A stretch of DNA of 64,000 bases from the human T2T-CHM13v2.0 reference genome, Homo sapiens, in assembly GCF_009914755.1 (NCBI RefSeq), contig NC_060942.1; one strand, 5' to 3'. The number at the start of each line of letters is the position of its first letter. Positions within the stretch are counted from its first letter, which is position 1. This document shows, piece by piece, positions 1 to 18,470 of this stretch. A program made the position numbers and the translations under genes. Below the pieces are notes generated by a model. That model saw only the letters and a list, made by a program, of their open reading frames with translations, was not told the origin of the DNA and did no database searches.

Positions 1-220
<220 letters not shown>

Positions 221-468
221 CAAAAGATTATCATGTAGTCCTTGTCTACCTGGCAGCAGAAATACAGTAGGTGAGCTAAAAGAGGAACTAGAGGAAGGAG
301 AATTAACTTTGGCAAGGTATGGGTAAAGGGGAGAATCAGAGGAGTTCTCTGAAAGAATGGATCCTCTAATAGAGGATTGGGAAAGGCCCCAGGTGCAGAA
401 GTGTATAAGACACTTGGGAATTTCAGGTTGCTCTTTGCACAAGAATATTGGCACAAAATGGAGAATAA

Positions 469-867
<399 letters not shown>

Positions 868-1896
868 TGAGAAGCATCAGGCAATAACTCTCCTGGCACT
901 ATGGAGACTAAGCTGAGACAGAGACCTGTACAAGAGGTCATCTTAATGTTTCCAGCAGAACATAATAAGAGCTTCAATGAAGCCAATGCAGCAGAGATAG
1001 AGATGGGATGGATTCAAGAAACGTTTGGGGAGGAAGAATTGATCGAACAATGGATTGACCGAGATGAGTGTTCAGAAGGATGGTTTGCTTGAAGATAATA
1101 CCTAGGACTTTGAAAAATGTTCACCCTTCCTTCTGTGGGGATGAATGGCTTCATCAGAAAAGAAAGGAGGCATTTCTAAGAGTTTATGAAGTTTAGGACT
1201 TGGGAGCCCAGTTGGTTATTTTCTTTGCATATCACTACCGACATTTGTAAGTCTGAAAGAGGGAAGGTCTGAGACATGACTGGCAGGCCATCAAGATGTT
1301 TTGTTACTGAATTTGGATTTATGGATCCTGATTCTGAGTAGTTATGCTATTAAAATGATGGCCTTTTGGTTTGGGATGGACAGCATCTCACAAAATTGGG
1401 AAATAATGATTAACCCAGCAGTTTAGTGTATAAATACTAATTTCTACATGGAGCTTGAAAAGAGTAAGAGAAAGGGAGGAAAATGGCAGGTAAACGTGTG
1501 ATCCCAGCCACTCTGAAGAGTAATAGGCACAATGCAGAATGGAGAATAGTGAAGCGGGAGGAGCCTAGTGATTCACATGAGAAAACAGCTGGAAGGAGGC
1601 CAGAAACAATAGTGAGGTTTTAGACGTCTATATACAAACACACAGGGCATACGTAACAAACAGGGCAAAGTGGGGATTATAACATCAGGCAGTAAAACAT
1701 GATCTCATTGAAACCTTATAGGATAGGACCTGAGCCTGACATTCAGTTATGAAATCACATTTACATCCTATTTAAAAGAAGCATAGCCATGAGGTGGTGA
1801 AGGAGATTGGTGTGTGTTGTAGAGAAACTAAGTGGAAGCCCATTGAAGAGCATAAAGACGAATATTTAAAAGGAGATTTAATGTTAGAGCATTAAT

Positions 1897-2193
1897 GACT
1901 GGGCACAGTGGCTCACACCTGTAATCCCAGCACTTTGGGAGGCCAAGGCAGGTGGATTGTTTGAATCCAGGAGTTTGAGACGAGACTGGGCAACATGGCA
2001 AAACTGTCTGTACAAAAAAATTACAAACGTTAGCCTGGTGTGGTGGCACGTGCCTGTAGTCTCAGCTACTCGGGAGGCTGAGGTGGGAGGATCACTTGAG
2101 TCTGGGGAGGTCAAGGCTGCAGTGAACTGTGATTGTGCCACTGCACACTAGTCTGGCAATAGAGCAAGACTGTCTCAAATAAAATAAAATAAA
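1897..2193 (+). mobile_element. Alu (AluJ-like)
   Basis: Dimeric Alu with gggaggatcacttgag and gtcaaggctgcagtg J-type motifs; A-rich tail. Confidence 0.9.
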
Positions 2194-2422
2194 GCAATTA
2201 CTACATACCGTTTGACCAGAGAAAAAATAGGGAAAATATTAAATATAAAATTTGTATAAGACATTCAAAGAAAATCCCTTGAAAAACTTTAATGAGAAAT
2301 ATGAGTGATTTCATAAATTTTTATATCAATTTTTATACTTGAAATGGCCATGTATACTTCTTGACAAAGACTTTTACAAAATGATCTCTTGAAATTCTCA
2401 ATAGTCATCATTGATAAAAAAT

Positions 2423-2732
2423 GGCTGGGTGCAGAGGCTTACGCCTGTAATTCTAGCACTTTGGGAGGTTGAGGCAGGTGGATCACCTGAACTCTGGAGT
2501 TTGAGACCAGCCTGGGCAACATGGCAAAACGCTGTCTCTACTAAAAATACAAAAAAATTAGCCAGGCGTGGTGGCACTCCTCTGTAGTCCCAGCTACTCA
2601 GAAGTCTGAGGCAGGAGAATCACTTGAACCCGGCTTGAACCCGGGAGGTGGAGGTTGCAGTGAGCAGAGATCATGCCACTGCACTCCAGCCTGGGTGACA
2701 AACTGAGACTCTGTCTCAAAAAAAAAAAAAAA
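2423..2732 (+). mobile_element. Alu
   Basis: Alu consensus with a small internal duplication cttgaacccgg; poly(A) tail. Confidence 0.93.
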
Positions 2733-2852
2733 GTAAAATGTTTTTATAACTATTAAAAATGTGAAACAATTGAAATATAGGGAATCTAAGAATACTTCCT
2801 TTTCTCACTGACAAATGTAATGTCAAAATTCATGTGATAAGGCCAATAGATT

Positions 2853-3151
<299 letters not shown>

Positions 3152-3159
3152 CCCCCCCC

Positions 3160-3630
3160 TTTTTTTTAATTTGTATAAGTTTATGGGGTACAAGCGCAAT
3201 TTTGTGATATGCTTACACTTCAGAGAGCTCAGATCAGGGCTTTTAGGGTATCCAACACCCAAACAACATGCATAGTATCCATTAAGTAATTTCTCATCAT
3301 CCACCCTGTTTCCCATCCTCTCACCCTTCTACTTCTCCATTGTGGATCATTCCACTCTCTTCCTCTGGGGTACACAATTTTTAGTTCCCACTTATGAGTG
3401 AGAACATGTGATATTTGTCTTTCTGGGTCTGACTGGTTTCACTTAAGATAATGACCGCAGTTCCATCCATGTTGCTGCAAAATACATGATTTCATTCTTT
3501 TTTATGGCTGAATAGTATTCTATTGTGTACATATACCATGTTTTCTTTATCCCTGTTGATGGACACTTAGGTTGATTCCATATCTTCGCCATTGTGAATA
3601 GTGCTGCTATAAGCATACGAGTGCATGTAA
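3160..3630 (-). mobile_element. LINE-1 3' end fragment (L1MA-like)
   Basis: L1 3' motifs in reverse (cccacttatgagtgagaacatg, ttccatccatgttgctgcaaa, atggctgaatagtattc). The - ORF 3443-3661 contains IAALFTMAKIWNQPKCPS, typical of the ORF2 C-terminal remnant. Confidence 0.88.
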
Positions 3631-3829
3631 CAAACAGATTCCTTATGATGGACAGACACACTCATGTCTTGCCTGTGGGCACAACCCTCCAGCCAGATTA
3701 ATAACCACCTGTAGCCAAGGATCATGAGGCTGTTCAAAGGACTCTGATAAAAATTCAACAGTAGGAGCATCTAGGAAGTGTCAAGCCAGAGGCACCTTGA
3801 TGCCCTTGGGTGGTCTATCTCTCTCTCTC

Positions 3830-4123
<294 letters not shown>

Positions 4124-4166
4124 GGGTGGTCTATCTCTCTTGGAGCAAAGCTCCATTGGTACCTGG

Positions 4167-4592
4167 GGATATGAATGGAATTGTGTCCCCATCCCAACCA
4201 AATTCATAAGTTGAAGTCCTAACTCCCAGTACCTCAGAATGTGACCTTATTTGGAAATAAGGTCTTTGTAAATATATTCAAGTCAAGATGAGGAATACTG
4301 GGCTAGGGGGGTCCTAATCCAATGATGAGCGTCCTTATTAAACGAGGGAAATTGGACAGAGATACACACATAGAGGAGAAACAATGTGAAGAGACAGAGG
4401 GAGAAGATGAACATTTATAAGGCAAGGAGAGAGGCCTGGAACAGAGGTCCCTTCACAGCCCTCAGAAGGAACAAGCCCTGTTGATACTATGAACGTGGAC
4501 TTCCAGCCTCCAGAACAGTGAGACAATACATTAGTGTTATTAAGCCTCTCCATCTGTGGTCTTTGTTACAGCGGCCCGGGCAAACTGTTTAC
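4167..4592 (+). mobile_element. MaLR solo LTR (MLT1A/B-like)
   Basis: gttgaagtcctaactcccagtacctcagaatgtgaccttatttggaaat ... ggacttccagcctccagaac match recalled MLT1 consensus motifs. Confidence 0.85.
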
Positions 4593-5148
4593 AAGGGGAA
4601 TAGGATTCAGCCCCTGAGAAGAGGAGGAGTACTGGCAAGGCCCAGGCAGGATGTTAGAGTAGCAGCCACGCAGGGGAGTGAAACTGCACCCCAGGGGAGG
4701 AAGAAAAATGAAAAAGAGGCACCTAGACAATGCCTGGTAGGCTTTGGGCTAACTCAGTGATATTAAAGCTACACAGCTCAGGGGCTTCCTCAGGACTAGT
4801 CTCCTATCAAGTTAGGGCAGCAAGAACCTAGGAAGGTTGGCTGCCCCCATGGAAAGGGGCCCCGTGGGTGGGTGAGGCTGGTGTATGTGGAAGTCCCCAG
4901 ATACCCATGGTGGAGGGGGTGGAGGTAAGAGGTAGTTATATGGAATAAGGTTGAAAATTTTGGCTCAAAATTGGGAAGACTTTTATTTTTCTTTATGAAA
5001 ACACTTGAAATTTAAAATATCATAGGAAATTCGGAAAATAGAAATAGAAAAAGAAAAAAACTCCTACAATCTCACCACCTTAACCAAATTCATCATGTAT
5101 TTCCTTTGTCTTTCTTCATGTGTGTATATTTTAAATAGTTGGATTTAG

Positions 5149-5440
<292 letters not shown>

Positions 5441-5929
5441 AGAAAGTGTACATATACCTTGTATCCTGATTTTTAAATAAATGAAATTATAGTAAAAACA
5501 TTTTCCCATTTTGCTACACGATGTCTCATAAGTAGAAACTTTAATGGTTGTATAGGTCTATGGAATGGGTGAACCCTAAAGAATTATTACTCTATGGTTG
5601 GATGGTAAGGCTGTGGCTGGTTTCTTTCTTTTCAGTATTCTCTTTAAGGTTTCTTCCAGTACTGAGATTCTGTGTTTGGCAAAGAGAAATGCAAGCCACT
5701 TCTCAAATTATCTTCTCTAATTCTTTTTAAGGGGGATCTTGTGAGATGCTCTGATGTATGTTACATTTAGTCAGATTTCTGTTGTTTCCTCTGAGTATCA
5801 CTTTCACAAAAATAATTTTAAGAAATTTCTGTATCGTTGCCTATCCTACATGGTTTTTGTTCGAGTATGCATAAAAAATACGAAATCTGTACGAAGAATA
5901 CAGGTATAATCTTCACTCAGAATCCCCCA

Positions 5930-6550
5930 AAGTGAATATTTTGCCTTACCATATTATAATTATCAAAATCAGGAAATTAAGTTTAAAACATACTCTTATC
6001 AAATCTACAGACCTGATTCAAATTTCAGCAACCGTCCCACTGTCTCCTTTTTCTGGCCCAGAATCCAACCGGAGACCCCAGGTTGCATTAGCTGTCATGT
6101 CTCCTCAGTCTCCTTTAATCTGGAACAGTCCCTCAATCTTTCCTTGTCTTTTCAAAGTCTTGATGCTTTTGAAAGGTACTAGTCCATTATTTATAGAATG
6201 GCCTGCGTTTTGGATTGTCTCATATTTCCTTATGGAATTTTCATGCCACTGCAATGGCGTTGGGTTCTTCTCAGAACGTCTCAGGAGGCATGTGATATAG
6301 GTCTGTCCCATGACAAGCAACGTTAACTTTAATCGCCTGGTTAAGTGGGTATCTGTCAGATTTCTCCACTGTAAACTTAGGATTGTTTCCTCAGTAAGTA
6401 TTCTAGGGACCTGCTTTGTGACTATGTAAAAATATTGTTTCTCATCATAATGTGACTGCCTAGCTTTCATTGATGAGTCATCTCGGAACCAATTGTTACT
6501 GTGGTGTTTTCCAGATGGTAGTTTTCTAGTTTCATTATTCCATGTTTATT
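5930..6550 (-). mobile_element. Old LINE-1 3' fragment (L1MC/ME-like)
   Basis: aaatctacagacctgattcaaattt and ttgcattagctgtcatgtctcc...tttaatctggaacagt resemble L1MC 3'UTR motifs. Confidence 0.6.
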
Positions 6551-7002
6551 AGTAGTAATTTAACTTGACAAGCTTTATCCTTAATCTAAATAGGCCTAAA
6601 TGTTCCTTTAGTTAAAGCAAAATAAAAGAATAGTAATCTATCACTTATTCTGTGCTGTTCCTGTTATGAAAACACAGAGAAACCACAAAAGGTGAGCTGC
6701 CCGGCACACACACCAAGATGAAGGACATCTTCATGTATCTGCATTAATGCGTGAATTTCTGTCTTCCTCAGCTAGGTACAGACAATTCTGCCAAGGAATC
6801 AGTTCTACAGATGAGAAAAATGAAAACCTGAGATATAGATACACTGTCTCAGATCAGATAGGGGCACAGCTAGAACTAGTTTCCAGTGCCCAGAGATTTT
6901 TAGTTCTTATCTAGGACCTCTCTCAAAATTATATTACTTCTATTATACAGATAACACGATACATCTTCAAGAAAAGACATTTGCTTTTAAAACAATTATC
7001 AT

Positions 7003-7167
7003 TTTTAATTTTTATTTTTAGAGATAGGGTCTTGTTCTGTTGCTCAGGCTGGGGTATAGCGGTGCAATTGTAGCTCACTGTAACCTTGAACTCCTGGGCT
7101 CAAGTGATCTTTCTGCCTCAGCCTCCCCAGTAGCTGGGACAATAGGCATGAGCCACCATGCTTGGCT
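7003..7167 (-). mobile_element. Alu monomer (FRAM/FLAM-like)
   Basis: Single reverse Alu arm. Confidence 0.8.
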
Positions 7168-7239
7168 ACTTGCTTGCTCTTTTTGTTTTTTATTTCAGTT
7201 TTTCCCCCTCATTTGACACCTTTGGTATATTTGCTCTTA

Positions 7240-7565
<326 letters not shown>

Positions 7566-8125
7566 GATTACCATTCTTTTGGCTAATTATTATGTACATT
7601 TTCAGCCATTATAATCCAATCTACTATTTGCAAACAACAATAACAGTTATTTACATAGAAGCTTCTTACAGACATAAATTACAAAAATTATCTTTACCTC
7701 AAGCTGAATTCTTAACAACAACTTTAAATTCTGAACACAGAATCTTCCATTTATCCAGAATAGTGATGAGGTTCTGGTTAATTAGCATTCCCATATATAG
7801 CAGGATCTCCACTCTTCAAAGAATACAAACACAAAACTGGAGGAAAGTATTTACCTTAAAATTGGACAATGTCTCACATCAGTGTGAACAGCAACTCTCA
7901 TAGCATAGTCCCATTTAAAAATGTCGATCAGCTGTTTTTTTCTAAATTCATCTTTTACATTATCTTGTTTTCTTGTCATTTATCTTTTTGTATTTTCTAA
8001 AGTGACATGTAGGAGAAAACATTTTTAGATTATTTGTACATCCTGGTGATTGATATCTTGCATTTTTAAAGTTATTAAGACATTTGTTTTCAGGCTAGCT
8101 TCTTTTCCTTAGGATTCCAGCCTAA

Positions 8126-8526
<401 letters not shown>

Positions 8527-9506
8527 GCTTGGTTTTATTTTTAAGTCATTTGTGTTTCCAGTGTTTGTCTCTGTGCCTGGCACAAAGTAGGCACTGGATA
8601 AATATTTGCTGACCGACCTGCTGACCCACTGACAGCCAGACTGACTTCACACCCAGGGCGAGGACCCAGCCTGGGCCTTCCTGAATTCCTGCAATTTTTT
8701 TTTTATTTCAAATAACAATATATGCTCATTAAAGAAACTTGTAAAATAGAGAAAGTCACACATACAAAACAGAGAAAACAAAGCTGTCCATTATCTTACT
8801 GGCCATAGAGATGATTATGTCAGAAAGATGAGCATTTTCTCATTCATTAAACATTCTTCAAAGACATGTTTTTAATGGCAATAGGATGACCCGTTGTGTG
8901 GGTGTGCCATAATTAACCATTCTTATGTTGTGGAACATCTACATTCTGTACGAGTTGTCACCCCTGGAAATAATGTTGTAACGTTACGCAATAAACTCTC
9001 TACTATAGCTGATTATCAAGTTACTTTACAAAAAGATTATATCCATTTAAGCCCACTTGCTAGTGCCCATATATTTGAAACACTGACAGTTTCAAATGGT
9101 CAGCATTTAACTTCTTGGGAAACTGAAGGGTTAGAAACAGCCCCTTCCATTTAAACAGCTTCCAGCATGTTCCACTTACAGTGAACATTTGTTTTCCTCC
9201 AGTCTCAATCCCTGTGAAGGGTCAAGTCAATCACAGGTGAGTACTTATTTGGAAAACATGCCTTGAAAGCTCAATTTAAATAGCAGACAGCATTAGCCAG
9301 AAAGCATTGGTCCTTTTTGAAAAAGCTTGTGAGAGAGAGGCAAGAAGCATTAGGCCATGCCAAAGTAGAAGTTCGTGGTCCCAAGAATCAATACCTGAAA
9401 TTGAGCTATTAATAACACAACATGGTTAATATCATTATGCTGATTATTGTCACTTTATTCTTAACTCCAAATTTAAAATGATTTTTTCTTCACAAAAGAT
9501 AAAATC

Positions 9507-10121
<615 letters not shown>

Positions 10122-10852
10122 TCATGTTAGTTAAAAGGAGCAAATATTTGGGAGAGAAATCCATTTAAAAAAATCACTTTAAAAAAGGTAACATTCATTT
10201 CTACTCTGAGGAATGTATTTGTTTCATTCTGAAACAAAAACTTAATTTTCAACAATAATATTCAATAAAAGCCAAAGCTTTCAAAAATTATTTGCCATTC
10301 TTATAAAGAATATTCTATTCTGACAGCTGTCTTTTTCTGCTGTGTATTTTACCTCAGATACTGGTATTTCATTCACCGCAGAGACTGGTAGACCAGATGT
10401 TAGAATGGAAAGTTCACTTAGGGCCTACCACAGGCACTGAGTTTCACTTCAGCCCCTCGATACAGCACATACACATCCCTTCAGTTAGTTAGCATTTAAA
10501 ATGACTGTAAACCATTACAAACACTAAAATAGTATTATTATCGCAAGAGAATAGCTCAACTGTTTTAAATTTAACCCTTAACAAGACAATTTATTTCCAG
10601 GCTTTCAGTCAAGTAAAGGCTGTTCTACGTGGAACCCTGTGGAAACTTCTAGAGATAGAGTCCTAGGCTCTGAGCCAGTCACTCAGTGGGAAACCACCAT
10701 TTTAGAAATTGGGATTTTAGGAGCACAGCATGAGTGAGACTGAACGCACTCTATGTAGGACAATTGTACTGAAAAGGCCGAGTAATTAACCCTTTATTTT
10801 ACTTTCATGTTGTTATTGATTGTCACGCATCTAATTCCAGCTTATTTTCTAA

Positions 10853-11258
<406 letters not shown>

Positions 11259-11744
11259 AGAATGAGTTATGTTTCTAGGGCTGCTATATTTCTCTTTGGC
11301 AAGGAAGTAGAGTTGAGAGGAAGACAGAAGACACATAGACGCTTCTAAATTATGCAGAAAAAATGTATGTTTCTATTGATATTTTTCTTTCTGGTGGTGG
11401 TGGCAGATCCTAAAGTTTTAAACTGGAGTGAAAGTCTACGTAGCTGGGATTTGAGACAGAGGGTGGGTGTCTGTGATCTGGGGCTTCTAGAGGGTGAGGG
11501 TAGAGTGTACTCTAGGGTAGGGTGAACAGAAGTAGAATCCTTCCATTTTCTTCTCTGCTCCCCACACCCATGTGCCTGCCCGGGATAATCTAGCTTCCTC
11601 AGATCTGCCACCCAATACCTCCCCGTAGTGGTTGGGGATGGGGACTATGGGGAGAGACAGGTTAGTGGACATGGTGAGTTATCTATCCATTCTCCCCTTC
11701 ACCCATCTCAACGAACTCACATTTTTACTTTAGTTTACATCGTC

Positions 11745-12170
11745 ACCCATGTACTTGGGGAAAAGAAGATCTCAACCTCATACTTGGTTGGCTAAACCAA
11801 TCAGCTCATTCCATGTACCACTGAAGGCCATTGTTCAGGAGTGGGCATGTGACTTACAGGGTCCAGTCAAGGTGTATCTCAAGACTCCTGCTTGGGATCC
11901 TGTGACAGTCCTCCCTTCATCTGCCTGCCAGGATGTGCAGGAACCATCGTGTTCCTTTTGCCACCAGAGAAAACCAACTTAAAGATGAAGTCCAAAGAAT
12001 GAGAGAGGCACATGGAAGGGAGTGGCAGAGAAATGTGGCAGGAGGTCCTGGTTAAGGTGACTCTAAAGCCAATTCTGCTCTGAACTTCCAGTTACATGAA
12101 CACATAAATGTCCTTATTGTTAACCCAGTTAGAGAAGATATTCTGTTTCTTGGAACCAAAAACATTCTAG
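11745..12170 (+). mobile_element. Probable old MaLR LTR (MLT1J/K-like)
   Basis: ttggctaaaccaatcag and gaacttccagttacatgaacacataaatgtccttattgttaacccagtt...aaccaaaaacattct resemble the MLT1J/K 3' end. Confidence 0.5.
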
Positions 12171-12396
12171 CCTTTTACTGAGGGTTGGAGGTGCCTCCAT
12201 ACACCCATCTCTGGGGGCCATGTTTTCCCTCTGACATGATGTTATGAATGGTAGTGAATTGCTCACATGCACCTAGAATGTAGATTAAATGTATACCCTT
12301 GCAGTTAACAATAGTAGAAAACAATGCAGTTCAAGTATACAACATTGTACAATGAGGAGGAGAAGGGCAGTATTTGAGGCTCTAACCATCATTTAT

Positions 12397-12600
12397 CCCT
12401 GCCTTCCTGCCTTCCCGCCTTCCCTCCCTTCTCTCCCTCCCTCTCTTCCTCCCTCCCTCCCAATCCTTCCTTTCTCCCTCCCTCCTTCTCTCCCTCTCTC
12501 TTTCTCTCCTTCCTTCCTTCCCTCCTTCCTTCATTCCTCCCTCCCTCCCTTCTCTTTCTCTCTTTTTTTTCTTTTCTCTCTCTCTCTTTCTTTTTTCTTT
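12397..12600. repeat. CT-rich polypyrimidine/polypurine tract, (CCCT/CCTT/CT)n
   Basis: About 200 bp almost purine-free on the + strand, fused to an Alu tail. Confidence 0.95.
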
Positions 12601-12800
12601 CAGACAGGGTCTCCCTGTGTCTCCCAGGGTGAAATACAGTGGCACAATCACAGCTCACTTCAGTCTCAACCTCCCAAGCTCAAGCCATCCTCCTGCCTCG
12701 GCCTCCTGAGTAGCTGGGGACCACAGGTGCACACCACCATGCCTGACTGATTTTTGTGTTTTTTGTAGAGATGGGTTTTGCCATGTTGCCCAGGCTGGTA
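12600..12800 (-). mobile_element. Alu (AluJ-like), partial
   Basis: Reverse Alu right arm and linker, truncated in the left arm. Confidence 0.85.
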
Positions 12801-14237
12801 TCATATTATTTCTATGGAGAAATCTGTTACAAGTTCCATATAAGCAACTTACAAATGAAATTGTCAGGGCTCTGTGGGTCTCAGGTTTCCTGTGAGGGTG
12901 TCATATTAAATGAAGTTTAAGGTATCTTCCAAGTTTAACATTCTATGAATCTTTGTTACCAGTTCATTTTAAGTCAGTTAAATGGAATGGCTGAAATAGG
13001 GCAGCATTCTTGAATAACATGGCACTTGAAGATTGTTCACTCTCTGCTCAGCAAGCTGTATCTTGTTTGTTTTCACAGCAGTTGAGGATTTACCACCATT
13101 ATTTTAACTATTTTTGAAATTCTAGCACTCACATCTTGCCACTAAATATTTATAAACAAAATACCCTATTTGTTGCAGCAAACTTATTATTTTGATTTGT
13201 GAGTTTTTATGGAAACCTGAGAAATCCAAACAGGCTCACATTTCTAAGCAAAAGCAAATAGTAATTTCCTCCTTCTCCATCCATGTGTTAGACAAAGTAG
13301 GGACTTTTTCTAAGAGTAGAGACATTGGCCTTCTTGAGGTAATTTCAACACAAAAATGCAGTGGTTCATAATACTTTGGTTCAATATTTAAGTTATAGAT
13401 TGAAAAATAAGTGGTCTAGGAAGCACAGAGAGTGCCTTGAAATAAAAAGATCCGTGTCTGTAGTCATAATTGGGTAAAACCTATTTTACCTGTAGGTGTG
13501 GTCAGTGATTGTCTACCTGGCAGGAATTAAATGTTTCTAAGAGACTCCTCTAAAACCTCTCTCCCATTAGACCACACCAAGAAGTCTGAAATTCTACCAA
13601 TCACTCTTTTAAGAAACTGTGCTACACAGAGTGTCCACTGGAAAAAAAAAAAGTTTTTTAACCCATTACCTCCCAGTGGCACGCTAGCTGAGACCAGCCT
13701 GATGGCCACCTGTTTGGAGGTGAGTGCTGAGACAGAGAGGAAGGAAAGACTGAATCTGGGGTACCCTACTGAAAGTCCCTATTGGGTACACAACTCTGGG
13801 TATGGGAGCAGGGGCCCAAAGACCATCTGGCCCATTTCATGGCTTTTTCTTGGGCGTTCCTCTATATCTCCATTCAAAAGAAGTCAATGGATCTCATTTT
13901 CCTTGAGTCTCTGAGGGTTCAGATTGGAAGAGATCTTCCTTCTACATCATTCCCATTCTCTGTTCTCTTACTTCTCAGTGTATGGTCACCCACCAATAAG
14001 TCTCACTGGGCCCCCTCTGCTGTGGCCTGACAGTTGTTCTTTGGCAAAAGAACAGCTGTTTGGATGCTGCTTCTCTCCTCAGAATGACTGCCTTAGGATT
14101 ATATCCAGGAATAATGCCTCTTCAGTGGGCCCCTGATTTGGTGCATGGCAGGGGAGGAAGTGAGAGACAATTCCTTTATTTCCTCCTCATTTCCAGCCCA
14201 CAGTCCTTGTGTCTGTGTCAGAGATGAAGCAAGTAAG

Positions 14238-14639
<402 letters not shown>

Positions 14640-14734
14640 CTATGGATCTATTTGGGGTGCATCCATTAGGTAGAATATCTGATGGTGACAAATTTTTAAA
14701 AAGGATTCTGTAGGGCAGCAACCTCACCTACCTT

Positions 14735-14884
14735 CTCTTTCTTTCTTTCTTTTTTTTTTTTTTAATAGAGAGGGGGTTTTGTCGTGTTGCCCAGGCTGGT
14801 CTCAAACTCCTGGACTTAAGCAATCTTCCCCCCTCAGCCTCCCAAAGTGTTGAGATTACAGGCATGAGCCACTACACCGAGCCC
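14735..14884 (-). mobile_element. Alu monomer (FLAM_C-like)
   Basis: Reverse left monomer with T tract. Confidence 0.82.
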
Positions 14885-15123
14885 AGTATTCTTGTAAAAT
14901 TACTGCCTTATGTCTTACGTGAAGTGTGCTTAAACTTAGTTTGCTTGGCAGTCTTGTCCTTGTTTCCCTGTACTGGCAGCTTCCAGGAAGGGAGGAACAC
15001 TGGTAAGGACGATGACTGATTTTCCTCAAGTAGGTTACCCGTTCTAGTTCTCACACTATGCATTGCCCCGGCCCCCTAGTCCATGCTGAACAAAGCAGTG
15101 GAAAATGTAAGTGACGGTATTCC

Positions 15124-15430
15124 TTTTATTATTTTTTATTTTTTGAGACAGATTCTCACTCTGTCGCCAGGCTGGAGTACCGTGTCATGATCTTGGCTCA
15201 CTGCAACCTCCGCCTCCCAGGTTCAAGTGATTCTCCTGCCTCAGCCTCCTGAGGAGCTGGGACTACAGGCACGTGCCACTATGCCCTGCTAATTTTTTTT
15301 TTTTTGTATTTTAGTAGAGACAGGGTTTCACCATGTTAGCCAGGATGGTCTCGATCTCCTGACCTCGTGATCCGCCCGCCTTGGCCTCCCAAAGTGCTGG
15401 GATTACAGGCATAAGCCACCGTGCCTGGCC
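15124..15430 (-). mobile_element. Alu (AluSc-like)
   Basis: Reverse Alu; TSD aagtgayggtattc. Confidence 0.93.
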
Positions 15431-15809
15431 AAGTGATGGTATTCTTAAATTGAGATCAACAAAAAGGAAAACCTTGACATTTTATTTGAATGAGCCCTTC
15501 ACAGTGACCCTTATTTCTTGTGTACTCTTTTCTCTCTTTTTTTGATGTGACTTTATCTTTTTGTTTGTTTGTTTTTGTTTTGGCATGTGCCAGTCGTCAT
15601 TCTGTTTCTTTATATTATACCTAATGGCAAAAGGAAGTTGCTCACTCTCAAGACTGAAATCTGTTCCTTAATATTAGAATGATGAAAACAAAAGAGGAGA
15701 ATGAGTTGGGTCCTGAAAATGGAAGGTATGCCTATGTTTTACATTCAGGGTGCTGAAGACATTGTTGGTGTTTAATAAATTCATGGTGATTTGTACTATT
15801 AGCCATTAA

Positions 15810-16630
<821 letters not shown>

Positions 16631-17469
16631 GCAGTTGTTTTAAGAGGCTTAATAAATTATTGGCCAATTCAGAATTCTAAACACAACCAATATGTGGCTG
16701 AATTCAGAGAAAAAATGTGGAGTATATTTTGACTTTGGGGGTCTAGAATTGGAGTTGAAGTTGAAGGAGTGGAATGTTGTGAAATATAAAGTTTATAAAA
16801 ATTCAAAGTCTGAGAAGAAAAGGAACAATGCCCAATGCAATAATACCCTTACAATAATAGCCCCTTTAAGAACCAATTGTACAATGCCTGGGATTAGAAA
16901 ATTTCCACAGGCTACAGTAAGGATTTGTTTATATTTGGATAATTGGATCAGAAAATGACTCCAAAGATATCATTTGATCATCAACTCTATTCAATATGGA
17001 ATCCTCCCAAAAACTGATGTTCAAACTTTCTGACTTAGAATTCTATTTAGGAGGATGTGAGAGAAAAAAAAGTTGAAATGTAAAAAGCCATCTAAAGAGA
17101 TCATTGTCTTTAGTGTGGAATGGTATGCTATGGATAATGCTGGAATGTATGCTTTGGGCTTGGAGAATTATCTAAAACCTTGAGCAACAACTTGTTCAAC
17201 CAGCATTTACTGATTTCTGTGTGCTGGACACTGCGTCGAGGGGAATAAAAAGATGAACGAGACGTAATCGGCCCTCCTTAGATCTCACAGACTCAGGGAG
17301 CAAATGGCGCAGCAATGATGAGTGGAATGTCTGAGTCTTACCCCAATTGTATGACTGGTTTTCAGCACTTGGCTAGTTCCCCGCTTCTGTTCCCTCACCC
17401 ATAAAGTGAAGAGATAGAATAATGAAGAGATGGTCCTCTCGGGCTGGTCAGGCGGTCACGTGGGCTGGA

Positions 17470-17650
17470 GAACTGGAGTGACCAGCTCTGTGGTTAAGCC
17501 TCTGAACTCTTCAGGTCTCACTTTCTTCATTTCACCCTCAGATAGTAACAGTGCCCACCTTGCAGTGCTGTTATGGGAATTACATTGAGACAATCCACAT
17601 GGAGAGCTTGGCTCACAGAAAGCACTGGGGAGATGTTAGCTGCTATTAGT
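17470..17650 (+). mobile_element. MIR fragment
   Basis: ctcactttcttcatttc...gtgcccaccttgcagtgctgttatgggaatt...atgttagctgctatt resembles the MIR core and 3' end. Confidence 0.55.
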
Positions 17651-17751
17651 ACTGTTCCTAGGTATGCAGAGGAACATTTCCATATTTGAAATTATTGGCA
17701 CATTTGTCATTGTGTAGACAGCACATTGGAAGGCAGATAAAATGTTTCACT

Positions 17752-18432
<681 letters not shown>

Positions 18433-18470
18433 CTATCATAGATTATTTAAAAAGGGCAGAGAGACTAAAT

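Noticed and set aside
12289-12750. Pro/Ser/Leu-rich and Arg/Glu/Gly-rich ORFs
   Set aside because: Products of the CT/GA simple repeat
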